From the NCBI GenBank assembly GCA_051362555.1, contig CM120640.1, positions 34,491,967 through 34,555,966 on the forward strand: a stretch of 64,000 nucleotides of DNA, given 5' to 3'. This document shows positions 10,138 through 22,647 of this stretch, piece by piece. The position numbers were made by a program, and so were the translations under genes. The notes beneath the pieces were generated by a model that was not told where the DNA came from, ran no database searches, and saw only the letters and a program-made list of their open reading frames with translations. The stretch's first letter is position 1. Each line of letters begins with the position of its first letter. This DNA comes from Lingula anatina (Eukaryota > Animalia > Brachiopoda).

Positions 10138-11552
10138 CTGCAAAATAAACAACAGTTTAGAATCATACATCATCAAATGTGAAGCCTGCAATGGCTAATT
10201 ATTTCTTAAACTGATGAGAAAATTAAGACTCGATAAAAACTTATCATGGAGAAGGGGAGTGGGTATAAATAAAGAAATTTAAATTATTTTATCATTTTCA
10301 TTCTTGACTCTAAATAAACAACTCACTTATTCTGTACAGGGCACTTTATGAAGTAGCAAGATCATGGAAACTCATCTCAAGAATTAAATAATCCTTAGAC
10401 ATAAATAGATACCCTTGGACCATGCATATCTTTAAGGGGAAAATAAAATGTCTCTAAAATTAATGCCAAAGTCATAAAAAAAAGTTCATCCATATTTTCT
10501 TTTAACTCATTATCTAACATGACACATGCAAAAAAAGAGTCTTTCCATAAATCTCATCCTGCTAGAAAATATATACAATCCAAACAGCTCGCTCTGTTAA
10601 CAAACTTATAAAAAGATCCTGAACAGAAATGAAAAGGTTACCAGATTAGTAATGATGGGTTGTTACCATGACATTATCCTTTCATGCACTGGTGGAAAGT
10701 TGGAGTACATAATGATGACATGCAAATAAGGACATATGGGGGGACGGAAAAAGGGAGAGGGGTTTACATGCAAGGAGTACAAGGGGGACCAAAAAATATA
10801 AGTTTCATATATACAGTAACTGTTACACGTTGTAGTTAACAAAATGTCAGTGTTTCAATCAGTGCAGTACTGATACCCAGTCATCAATGTATTAGATGAC
10901 ATGTGACTGTAAAATGTAGCAGTACTGCACTGAATCTACAACTGATACGGTAAAATTGCCGTCTACAGACCAGCAATAAGGTCAGTTGACATGGAGAATT
11001 ATCAACATCTTGCAGTGGGCATAGAATTTGTCATAGCAGTCAGTAGTACACCACGTACATATACATATATGCAGCCATAAATATAATGGAATTAAAGTGG
11101 GATAAAGTGATCTGAAATATTAATATCGCCTTCATGATGAATAATATTGATAAATTGCAGAGAAAGTAGTATGCCTGACATTTACACATCATGTCAAAAT
11201 GAATATATTACACTTTCACTATTCTTTGCTCCAATAAATATCTAAAGGGCATCAGTGAAAGACATTCTTCATAGTCAAATCATAATACAGTTTCCAAACA
11301 TCCAACCAAGCAGAAATCTTGAATCTTAAACTCCACTAAAAATTTGTATTAGCTCCTAGCTTGAAATTGTCTCTTTCAAAATTATTTCATTCAGGAACCA
11401 ACTAACAACATCTACGTATTTTAGAACTTCGGGGGAGCAAAGAATCGTAAAAAAAATCAACATGTATTCAATTTGCACAATGGGATGCATGCACATCGAT
11501 GAAGACATTGAACGAGGAAGGTACTTGTGCCTACAGGTAGAGCCACTGCTGC

Positions 11553-11591
11553 TCAAGGGGTGGTCACCACTTGGTGCTTACGAGTACCCAA
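11553..11591 (-). CDS. Liprin-alpha: Candidate alternative liprin-alpha C-terminal (stop-containing) exon
   Basis: Strong polypyrimidine tract tctcttctctctttttccattttgtctag|TTG; phase 0 LGTRKHQVVTTP*; possible donor at 11524 (CAA|gtacct). Confidence 0.5.
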   Translation of the reverse strand: MGTRKHQVVTTP

Positions 11592-12741
11592 CTAGACAAA
11601 ATGGAAAAAGAGAGAAGAGACATGACACATCAGACATGGTGACACTATATGGCTAGCTGACACAGAAGCAGCTGCAAAGATTTCAGCGATGCTATATCCA
11701 TGTTCCTAGGCCCATATAATATAGTAATACAATGTATACATGTATTCCCTTACACCATATTGCTAAGCTTTGATTTTCTAGTAATATAGTTTATGATGAG
11801 GTGTATATGGTATATGGAACTGCCAAGAGCTGCAGTTATGGTATGTTTTTTATACACCTATATTATATATATATATATTCAAGAACTAGGAGCCATCTTA
11901 ATTGAATATTTAAAAAAAAAAAAATCAAAAACTATTTACTTAACAAAACCATTAAAATGTGATCCAAACTGTTTTACTTTTTTTTTTTTTTTGTTCTCAT
12001 CACCAGTATTGACTGCTTAATACCACAGTCCATCTAAAAGGCTTATCATGATTTTTTTATTCAAGTGAAAATATCCCCCCCCCCAAAAAAAAAAAAAAAA
12101 AAGTAAAAAACTATTTGATAAATCTGGTTAGAGACAATTTATTCTTCTCCTGATGAAGTGCTAGTTCGCATGTGACATTTTATCTACAGAGAATTAGAAA
12201 ATGTGAAAATGTTCACATTTGTCAATTTTGATGAAAATGGAAGCAGAAAAATGGAAGACACTTTCGTTCATGAGACTGAACCATATGTAATATGGTGCCT
12301 TGTTAACATATTTGGGAAAATCTAGTTTCATTTTCTCAGTATCACTGCAGATCAACACTCTGTCACTTATCTAAGTAAAACATTAATCTCTTTACATGAC
12401 TTTTTTTATGTTATCATGCAAATAAACATCATAGAAAATGCAGTCAAATCTCAACTCGGATCAAAACTTAAACTGCATTTAATCCATCACATAATGCACT
12501 TGACTGATGCTATGAATTAACAATGCGGCTTCTGATGCATTTCTATATATTGGAACTTATTGGTAAAAACCCTCACTGCAGTAACACCAACTTTCATGCT
12601 TCTATGTCTACTCATGCTGGTTGGCAACAGACTTTTTTTTACCGTGCCCTGATTTAACAATCCTTTAAACATGACCCTTAACCTAAAACAGTCTTGCTCT
12701 CAAATGATACAGAGGGAGGGGGAAAAAAACATCCCACATAC

Positions 12742-12810
12742 CTCATCCAATCTTCTATCTGTTCCTATTGCTAGTAAGTTGTGGAATTCCCTGTCCAAGG
12801 TCTGTCTTGC
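12742..12810 (-). CDS. Liprin-alpha: Liprin-alpha exon (end of SAM3)
   Basis: ttttcag|ARQTLDREFHNLLAIGTDRRLDE|gtatgt; 69 nt. Confidence 0.93.
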
Positions 12811-13448
12811 CTGAAAATTCAAAATAAACATTTGAAAAGCACAAATCATGTGAAAATGAGTGTTTTTTTTTATTTCGAGGCAGAATTCAGTAAAATTGAG
12901 ACTTTCTAAACAGTATTTATTCTGTAACAGGACACATGAAACTTGGCAAATAATAAGTGCATTCAATAATTTGATCAGACAAGAGCGCTTTCAAAAATAT
13001 TTCCTGTAAATATGTGCACATATAAAAATGAAGTGTTTTACCTTTAAACCTGAGCATTTTACCTTGCAAAACTACACGGAAAACCTTTGCTTGTCAATTC
13101 AGATCAGGCAATACTTTGTTTTAGATCAAGGTTCCCAGCATGAGAGTTAGTGTTACACTCACACCAGAGCAGACAAGTCTATGATTCTACAGTATTTTAC
13201 TATAGGGGGCATAAAATATGAAATATCTTTGGGGAACCTCTTTAGCACTTTGTTTAGAAACAATACAAAAAAATTCTCTTTCTTGTTTATAAAATTTCCT
13301 TTTAAAATTCTGTAAAGCATGTTCCAATTTTTACCACAACATAAGGGGTACCCAATTATGGTTATTTTTTGCCGTTTCATGTTGAAGAACAATCCTTCAT
13401 GAGTGAAGGACATTTCATATTAATACACATAATCTAACATTCACTCAC

Positions 13449-13624
13449 CTGTGTGATTTGTGTGGGAATTTGCAGAGCTAATGCGATACTGTTATGATCA
13501 AAACTTTCATCTAATGCTATAAGGGAACCGTGGACACCAGACTCCAATAAGTTATTAGCGTGTTCTTTAAGTCCTATAGATTGCACCCATCTTATGACAC
13601 GTTCATTGGACCATACTAGTACAT
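13449..13624 (-). CDS. Liprin-alpha: Liprin-alpha exon (SAM3)
   Basis: [59 protein letters not shown]|gtgagt. Confidence 0.95.
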
Positions 13625-14126
13625 CTGGAAGACAGAGAAATAGGTAGAAATCAATGGTTTTAAAAAGTGTGTGTGTGTGTGTGTGTGCGTGTGTGCGTGC
13701 ATGCGCACATACATATGCATGTTTGTACATTTGTATGTGCATGTGTTTCAAACTGAGGGATTCAAAAATGAAATGATTCCGATAACATTATTGGACATGT
13801 CATATTTTGGTCTACGTTTTTCTAACATCTTTATTTATCATGGTAAAAGCAGAATCCAAGAGTCAAATGAAACATTTAATTCCTGCATTTGTACATGCAT
13901 ATGATGGTGAAAAGAACATTGATAACTAAATCACTGTCATTAAGCGTTGAACGTTACCACTATCTGATGCAGTTTTTACAGTAGTTATAACAGTAGTTAA
14001 ATATACAATCTATTCATATTTTGTAATATTTATAAATAAACAAAATTATTATAATTATAAAATTTTAAAACTTTTGACCTTTAAAATTTGCAGAAGTACT
14101 TTTAGCAAAATCTGTTATTCCCATAC

Positions 14127-14224
14127 CTTTGTTCTCTGTGGCACTTTCTTCTCTCCGCCTTTCTAATTCTTTTCTGTCATAATTTAATCTCTTTAAACAG
14201 TTAATACCATATTGCAAACTTGTC
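14127..14224 (-). CDS. Liprin-alpha: Liprin-alpha exon (end of SAM2)
   Basis: [32 protein letters not shown]; phases 2/1 fit both neighbours. Confidence 0.95.
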
Positions 14225-14404
14225 CTAAAACAAACAAACAAACAAACAAATAAAAATCTTTAGCTTTCCACAATTATTGAACTATGAACACGTGTATAGT
14301 GTACAGTGCCATATGGTCTAATGTATATTCATGCATGGCTAGCAAACAAAAGGCCTTAATTTCATGTCACAATGCCAGAGCTTTTTAGCACAACAGTGAA
14401 CTTT

Positions 14405-14629
14405 GAGTGCATTCCCAGGGATTAAGATCGATCCAGAGATTTAGATGTAGATCGACTTAACTCCCTGGGGGTTCACGCTAAATTGCAGTCAGCCAAGCGC
14501 GCACCATAGTTAATTACCCCCTTACAGCTTTCAGTCGGCGGTACAGATGCTTAAGCCGGCTAAGCTGACAGTAATCTAGTGAGACTCCCCACAGGGATAG
14601 ATCAATCTAAAATCAATGGGAATGGGATC
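14405..14629. mobile_element. MITE family A copy 2
   Basis: cattccca...tgggaatg termini; shares ccccttacagcttt, ttaagcc-g-taag-tga and tagtgagactccc...tagatc-atctaaa with 3778-4020. Confidence 0.75.
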
Positions 14630-14993
14630 TTTATTTTTGGTCATGCCCCTCCATCTGCTACATTCAGCTGTACATATTATTGTGTATTTTTAATGAATGT
14701 TTTTTTTCAGCAGAAAATTTTATGATGCAGATTTATATAATTATATACAATTTTGCCAGTGATATAATAACCCATATCCACAAACTGACTGATTTCATGC
14801 ATGAACATGGAATTAAACAGCATGACATACATGAGAGAAATACTTCCAAATGACTTTTGATCAAAACCAAATGATAAGCTATCTTGATGTGAAGTACCTT
14901 GAAATAAAATCTCTTCTTTAATGAAAAAAACAATGAAAGGACACACAACCCAATCTATAGGCATAGTATATAAAACAAATCAGTCCCTAATAC

Positions 14994-15169
14994 CTATGAA
15001 AGCTGTCCACCATTTTTAGCTGGCCCCTCAAGTCTTTCTTGGTGAGATGGTCCAGCATGCGGGCGTCCACCAGACACTCCATGAAAGTACTCCTGTACTG
15101 AGGTAGACCCAGCGATGGCAGCCACTCGTTGCCTATCCACTCGTGGTTCATGTCCCCGAAAGCTAGAGG
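14994..15169 (-). CDS. Liprin-alpha: Liprin-alpha exon (SAM2)
   Basis: [59 protein letters not shown]; AG/GT borders. Confidence 0.96.
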
Positions 15170-15389
15170 CTGTAAATATAATATAAAATACTGTAGATAA
15201 GAAAATCTGATTGTTTTTCTTTTTCAGTAAGTATAGATGAAATAACATATTTCAGAAGCGAGAAAGCAAGAGGCTGAAGTGAGGAACAAGTTTTTTTTTT
15301 CTTTTTCAACTAATACTGAATGAATGAAATAGCAGGCTTCAATGGTGAGAAATCAATATGCCAAATAAATGCGAGGTCTTTTTTTCTCA

Positions 15390-15866
<477 letters not shown>

Positions 15867-16011
15867 TTACCTTACTGATGAAAATAAAATATTTCATTCA
15901 ATTCAATATAATATTATCGTTCTCTTATAAGGTCAAACCATGACCTGATGAAATTCTTAGAGTATGGAATACTAGACTGATAACTAACACTGATCACTGT
16001 GGATGTCTCAC

Positions 16012-16093
16012 CTCAAGCCAAGCTACAACTGTTGGTCCATTCCATAATGCAAAAGGTGTTCTATCCTTCATAGCTTCTTCTAAAAGCTCCTCT
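16012..16093 (-). CDS. Liprin-alpha: Liprin-alpha exon (start of SAM1)
   Basis: [27 protein letters not shown]|gtgaga. Confidence 0.95.
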
Positions 16094-16445
16094 CTGAATA
16101 AATAGAAAGTACAAGAACATAATTACTGGTAAGAAATGTAGCTAACTTGAATATAAAATAGATCAATCACTGGATATTGGATGCTGGCAAGAAAGTAAAA
16201 TTAGCCTAAGAATGTTGGAAATGCCATGACTTCCTTTTATTACCATTAATCATAAAGCTTTTTTTTTACATAAAGTTTTCCTTTTATAAAAATCAACAAG
16301 AAAAATTTATTTTACTGCAAGAAAATCAAATGACAGCTAAATCTATGTTTACAAAAAATTCATTTTTTGCAGATGACTCAGAAACCAGTTCAAGCACAAC
16401 TCTGATGCAATGAAATCAAAATGTTTTGTTCTTCTGTAGACCTAC

Positions 16446-16521
16446 TTCTTCTTTTTCCTTCTGTCAAATTCTGATTTTAAGCCTATAGCATCAGCACCAG
16501 TTAAATCACTTTCTCCTGCTC
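16446..16521 (-). CDS. Liprin-alpha: Liprin-alpha exon
   Basis: (G)AGESDLTGADAIGLKSEFDRRKKKK|gtaggt; phases 1/2 fit. Confidence 0.9.
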
Positions 16522-17401
16522 CTGAATGAAAAATTATAATAAATAAGTCACCTTAAATGTCATTACAAAAAGTCCTGGATTTCTACAGTTCATAGTCTTA
16601 TCATAACTTTCACCTAATGATAACCAAATATATATTTAGTAGCAGAAATGTGATTCATTAACAATTACACTCAATTAAATGAGGGTCTAATATATTTCAA
16701 AGCACTGCATGCCAAATGATTTTTTCAGTATTGAAGCTAGTAAAACAGTTATCCTCACAAGAATCACAATAGATTTGATATGGTTAGTATTTTCAACAGG
16801 CAATTTCAATAACTGTTGGCATCTATCTTCAGTATAAACCATCAGCATAAATATAAACAAGATGTATATATATTTTTTATATACACAAGATAACTAAAAT
16901 GTCTAATATATATAGTCAAACGTAATAGCCTAGGTGCTAAAACTTGTCAGTTAAGCATACATAAGAGATATCCAAAAACACCCAATAACATTAGTTATGA
17001 AAATTTCAACAAGTTTCTGTTATTATTTTTTGTGCTACAAATGATTCAAACCCTAAACATATACTAAACAGAGCCTCCTAATAATCATAATAAGAATTCA
17101 TGTTAAGTACCTCTTTATGTAAAGGAAACCTTACATAAAAAAGTTCCAAAAGTTCAAATTAAGGCTATGTTCATCAATGAACTAATAAGATTACAAAGAA
17201 TTCAAAATCTCTCATTAAGCAGTCTGGTCAGTGAGGTCAGTTGGCCAACAACTGATCTATGTAAGGCAGTTATGAGCATTTCCCCTGGACAACCTCAATG
17301 GGGGTCCATCTGGCTAATTAGACTGACCAACTTCCCCACTGCTCCAGAAACTAATTCTTTTTACACCAATTATATTGTGCTGTTTCAACTAGCAAATCTA
17401 T

Positions 17402-17651
17402 GGGCTCATTGCCATTGAAACTATTTGTCTACGTAGATCGATCCAACTCCAAGAGGACTCTCACTGAATGTAATCAGTTTAAAAGATTAACACGCCGTTG
17501 GCATTGAGTAGAATACAGGTAAGGTGGTGATTATAAGAATTTGTTGGACACAAGAAGAGGTGTTAACCTGCTACACTGATTGCATTCAGCGAGAATTTCT
17601 GGGAAACTGGATCGATGTATGTAGACTGGTAGTTTCAATGGGAATTATCCC
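17402..17651. mobile_element. MITE family B copy 1 (related to family A)
   Basis: TIRs ccattgaaacta...gtctac / gtagac...tagtttcaatgg; homologous to 43275-43507. Confidence 0.75.
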
Positions 17652-18268
17652 CTTTTTCAAGGAATCATTTCTGAAGAAAATGAACAAGCAGGGACACAAA
17701 GGAACAAGCATAAAAGATTTAGAAATGGTAAAACAGAGTTATATTGTGTAGATAGTAATACATAATTAAGAAAAGAAAAAAGTAAAAGAAAAAAAATTAC
17801 AGCCAAACTAAGCTACAGTCACCCACCAGTAAGCAGCAATACCTGTTATTTGCAATGTTTCATATGTATTTCTCCCAACATATTCACTCTTCTTCATTTT
17901 AGGTGAAGCTGTCATGTCTAATAAACATGAGTGAAATGAATACAAGATGTTTTTTCAAGCAGTGAATTATAACTGAGACAATGACAATAACAATAATCCA
18001 TACTGAGGCACAGTGAAACCAATGTTGTCACGCACGCTCATGCATCAGAGGCAAGCAAAAAAAAAAAATAAATAAAGAAGATTTTTCAGTTAAAATCATG
18101 CAGAGAACTTTGAGAGAGTAGCAGACACTAATATCATCACAGGATGCATAAATACAGGAATCAAATATACATAGCATCACCACGTTGCACATGGACAATT
18201 CTTAAAGCAAGATCCTCAAAGTCAAGTTCCTCCAAAAATTTTCCATAAAATTCGTAGATATACATTAC

Positions 18269-18459
18269 CTGCAGGCATCATAAGATCCCTGTGTAGACTT
18301 TCCTTGCTCTTTAGCTTTTCTTTTTTGCTACCGAAAAATCGTCCTAAAGAGCCTTTGAGTCCCTTCTTCTTGGGTTGTTTGTGAAGGGAGTCTTGACTAC
18401 TGTTGGTGCTACTCTGTGGGCTAGGGGTGCTGTGGGACCCGCTGCCGTCCAAAGACGCC
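18269..18459 (-). CDS. Liprin-alpha: Liprin-alpha exon
   Basis: ASLDGSGSHSTPSPQSSTNSSQDSLHKQPKKKGLKGSLGRFFGSKKEK...; contains the liprin SSQDSLHK.PKKKG motif. Confidence 0.93.
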
Positions 18460-18878
18460 CTACAAGACATTAAAGATTGGGAACATACAGGTGGTTGTAT
18501 GGTGAGACATCCCCCCAATCTTTAGGTTCTAGTAATGAAAAACTGCAACATGTCCTTTTCAGAATTCTGCTCCACCTTGTGGCGTCAACAAAACTGTAAC
18601 ACCTTGCACAACAAGAGATGCCTTTATGTTATTTGTAGCAAAGTAAATTGTTAATTTTACCTAATGTGGGCTTGTTGACAACATAACTTTTTCAAAAAGT
18701 TTATGGCAAAAAGTAAATACTTTTTAAAGAGACTAAACAGGTATTTTTTACCTATGAGGCAAGACATTTTCACACTTCTTTTTTTACCATCACTACACAA
18801 TAGTCAGTGATAATCCTATATAACCATATTCAACATTTACTTCCATCAAATGAAATCACAATGTTTGAAATTTTACCA

Positions 18879-18923
<45 letters not shown>

Positions 18924-19002
18924 ATTGTCTATGTCTAATTTGTGTCAAATTTGACACGTGCCGCATTCGTACCCAACTGCCTTTGCGTCCTCCATTTTAT
19001 AC

Positions 19003-19145
19003 CTTAATTCTTCGCTGCTCTGCGCCAGCGCTGCTGCCACTCTCTCCAGCCTAAGCGACCTTGCCGTAGGCGGACTAGATTCACACTTGATGGGTCTGTT
19101 CTCTTCCTTCAGGCAAGTATCATCTTGGCTGTAGGGAGGGGAGGG
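19003..19145 (-). CDS. Liprin-alpha: Liprin-alpha exon (second in-frame donor extends it to 18973)
   Basis: PSPPYSQDDTCLKEENRPIKCESSPPTARSLRLERVAAALAQSSEELR; contains the IKCE.SPP...LRL motif. Confidence 0.88.
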
Positions 19146-19522
19146 CTAGAGGCAAACAGAAAAAATTTCAAATATCACTACATTAGTATTATACAGCATA
19201 ATTCATCTGTGATTTCTTTCAGTGAAGTGCTACTTTAAGAAATGTTATCTATGGCGAGGCATTGAAAGTAAATACCTAATTAAGGATTTTCAACAAAATA
19301 CACAATATAGATATTATTTCAAACAGAAGAGAAAACAGCATTAAAATTAGACAAAACTAGTCATGTTAACTCATTAGTTGATTCAATAAGTAATTATAAA
19401 TCATAGCAAAGAATTATACTGGTTTTCATATTCAAAGATCAAGTAATATCAATTACCATCATCAACAAAGCAAGAAAATATTAATTTGTTAAAACAAGAG
19501 ATATCTGCTGGAGAAAGCTTGC

Positions 19523-19546
19523 GACTGACTGACTGACTGACTGACT
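19523..19546. repeat. (GACT)6 microsatellite beside a splice donor
   Basis: gactgactgactgactgactgact directly next to the donor of exon 19549-19635. Confidence 0.9.
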
Positions 19547-19548
19547 AC

Positions 19549-19635
19549 CTTAGGCGGAGGTTCCGAGACCAGGCCAATGTTAGGTGTGGAGGCGGAGTGA
19601 GCGTACATGTGCTGGGCAGACATACTGGCCGGGGC
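19549..19635 (-). CDS. Liprin-alpha: Liprin-alpha exon
   Basis: ccttccttcag|APASMSAQHMYAHSASTPNIGLVSEPPPK|gtagtc; 87 nt, phase 0/0, GC-rich against the background. Confidence 0.78.
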
Positions 19636-21055
19636 CTGAAGGAAGGAGGTTGGCACTCAGAGATACGATTATGTTACGCTGAAGCCATCTTAACACGCAG
19701 AGAGGCGACAATATTATGCTGAAGCTCTTCTGGGCTCATTCTAACTTGATATTCTTTTTCTTTTCTATTTTGTTTGACAACCTGGCATAATACTTTCTGA
19801 TAATCTCTTCAATTCAGTCAAATTAAAAGAATTACTCAAGGTGGAGAAAAGGGTGTTTAAATAAGTAAAAGGGTTTTCAGCCAAAAATGATTTTAAATGC
19901 AAAAGTGAGCCCAGTTTTTGCTGTAATGTAGCTATTTTGTAAGGATTAGCCTGTAAGCTATGATATTGATATCAATATACAGGAATTAATGTTCTCATTT
20001 GAAGAATAGAAAACACAGAGCCACAGAGGCATTGCAGAGTATGAGTCTTACATCAGAGACTATGCTTAATTTTACAACATCTGTATCCTGGTTAGTATTT
20101 CACTTCTCAGAGGTCAAAGAAATTATTAATATTGCAGAAAAAAATCTGCAAATTTCCTCAATTTTGCATCCTAGCTGTTAGCAAGTCATTTGTATGAGGT
20201 CAAAGAAATTATTAATGTTATCAAAACAATTACAAGTTTTATCTATTTTTTTACAATAACAAGTGGAAAGAAATACAAAAATTCATGCAGAACAGAGACT
20301 GGAGTTCATACAAAATGAAAAAGAAATAATTTAGAGAGAACCCTTGCTTTTCTGATCTTACTCTCATTTTGCTTTTTTAGAAACATGATGTTACTTATAT
20401 ATTGTGCATCAAGCAGGGTTATAGATTGATAGATAGTAATTGCTGACATAAACTAGGAAAGAAAAAATATATTACTGGTAAAATTATAGACAGCATAAAA
20501 AACAAAAGCCTAATATCATTAGAAGCTCAATATATCAGATTTCATAATCAATGAGATGGTATGAATCACCCAAAGCATTTTACAAAAAATTCAAGCATTA
20601 ATTAAGGATTTGCTTTATAATTGACACACACACACACAAACTATTTTACGCTGTTCAATTAAAGATGTGTTTAAAGCATAGGTACATTAAGTCATTTGTT
20701 TTCTTTTTATTCATAATCATGAATATAGGTTCTTTTTGTCAATAAGCAATGTGAATTATATGCTGACCATTTGCCAGATTTCCTCAAGGAGAATGAGGTC
20801 TCCTGTCACTGATTCTCTTTTAAGAATTCTAGCAGATATATATATAAATTTCATAGAAGAAAGAGGATAAATTCAAGATCTTTAATACACATTTCACATT
20901 GATGGACAAAAATAACCTCAACACACGAATATTTTCTTTCATTTGATTCACAAAAGAAATACACATAAGCCAGGGGGTATGACCATTATTCCACTGAAAG
21001 CAAGGTGAACAGACAGATAACAGCAGGGTTGAAGCTAGCGACCCAAGCATGTTAC

Positions 21056-21251
21056 CATGTGATATTTCTGCACGCTGGGCCGCGAAGAAGTAGGTGTAGA
21101 CCTGCCACTAACCGGAGGTGATGCTCGGTCTCGATCGAACGAAACACCAGCTTTCCACGTGCGACTGCTGATGTCCAGGCTACCGCTGCCGACTCGACTC
21201 TCAATCTCTTCTGCTCTCTGCTCGGTGGTCTCTTTTTCTTCTTGTATTAAC
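21056..21251 (-). CDS. Liprin-alpha: Liprin-alpha exon
   Basis: LIQEEKETTEQRAEEIESRVGSGSLD...ASPPVSGRSTP...QKYHM|gtaaca. Confidence 0.95.
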
Positions 21252-21846
21252 CTGGAATAAAAGGTGAAAGGTATGACGGTGGCAGCTTAGTTTACAGTAC
21301 ATCCATTGTGTTAGGATTTTATCAAATTTGAAGCTTATGGTCACCCATATAGAAGCTACAATAAATTGAAGCACATTTTTCAGTTTAATAAAGATACAAC
21401 TTTTTTTGAACATATAAAATTTCATAATATTTTCCACAATTCTTTCCTTTTTCAGTTTAAGACTTGATTACAGAAACCATTCATTCATCATTACCATGTT
21501 AACAAGACCCATTTAAAAATAATATCACATTAATACAAAAATATTTACTGTTTCGAACATTATCTAATAAATATTTATGACTGTAAAAATTCTGATGACA
21601 AATTATCCTCATTGAATAATGCAACTGCAATCTTTTCAAGCAAATATTATTGCAATAGTAGCAAAAACAAAGAAATGCTAAAAAAATTCTTCTTTCACAA
21701 TGCAGAAATAGTCTCATCATTGTACAGACATTGAAATTTTGATATCCATGCCAGAAGAGCACATAACTATTTTTCTCAATATAAACACATACAATGCAAA
21801 AAGATCAGTTTCACGCTGAAAAGCCATGCAGAAAACACCATCTTAC

Positions 21847-22064
21847 CTAATTTCATTATTGATAGCATCAAGCTGTTCCTGCAACATCAGCGCCAGTGTC
21901 TGTGCGTCTGTATGGCCCGACGGCGACAGCATGTCAACAGCACCAAATATCGACTCCCCGTCGTCTGTCACCTCCGTGTCACTGACATCAAATGCTTGCT
22001 GGACATTGGCAATGACATGGGCCTGCTGCAGCTTCTCCCATTCTTGTTCATTCAGAGTATTCAC
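21847..22064 (-). CDS. Liprin-alpha: Liprin-alpha exon
   Basis: [25 protein letters not shown]...[28 protein letters not shown]|gtaaga. Confidence 0.96.
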
Positions 22065-22597
22065 CTGTGAAATAAAAACAGACATAAGAAATTCATTGAT
22101 CCAGGCATTGTTCTCAAGCACGGCTCAACTGGAGCAAATTTGATTTGATCTAAACTTTGTCAGCAGTGCTAATTGAAAATCAAGCTGAGATTTGCCCAAC
22201 TTAACTCCGACCATTACATTTACAACTGATCAGAATAATTGAAAAGCATTCAATGGAAAAAAATTCTGATGCTTGTCTAATGCAAGCGAGTGATTTATCA
22301 AGACATGTTCTACTCTACTCTAGTGTGAAAACACTACCAAGGTGAAACTCATATAATAAATCAACTTGTACAGCTTGAATGAACATGAAACTGGTGGCAT
22401 TAAATCTAGGGTAGGGCATTGAAGGCTATCAGGCAAATCTTTGGAGGTTTTACCCCGTGAGTTGACATAATAAGTGATGATGGTTTTAGGATGCTCCAAT
22501 AATTTCAGATTTTTCTACTGAATATTTGATTACATCAAGAAATTTCAATATATGCAATATGATAAACTGACTGTGGATCTAATTCAACTTAGCTACT

Positions 22598-22600
<3 letters not shown>

Positions 22601-22643
<43 letters not shown>
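22601..22643. repeat. (GT)n microsatellite
   Basis: Dinucleotide run read directly. Confidence 0.95.

Positions 22644-22647
<4 letters not shown>

Noticed and set aside
17823-17842. Tiny AG...GT-bounded segment on -
   Set aside because: Lengths of 16 or 20 nt break the frame.
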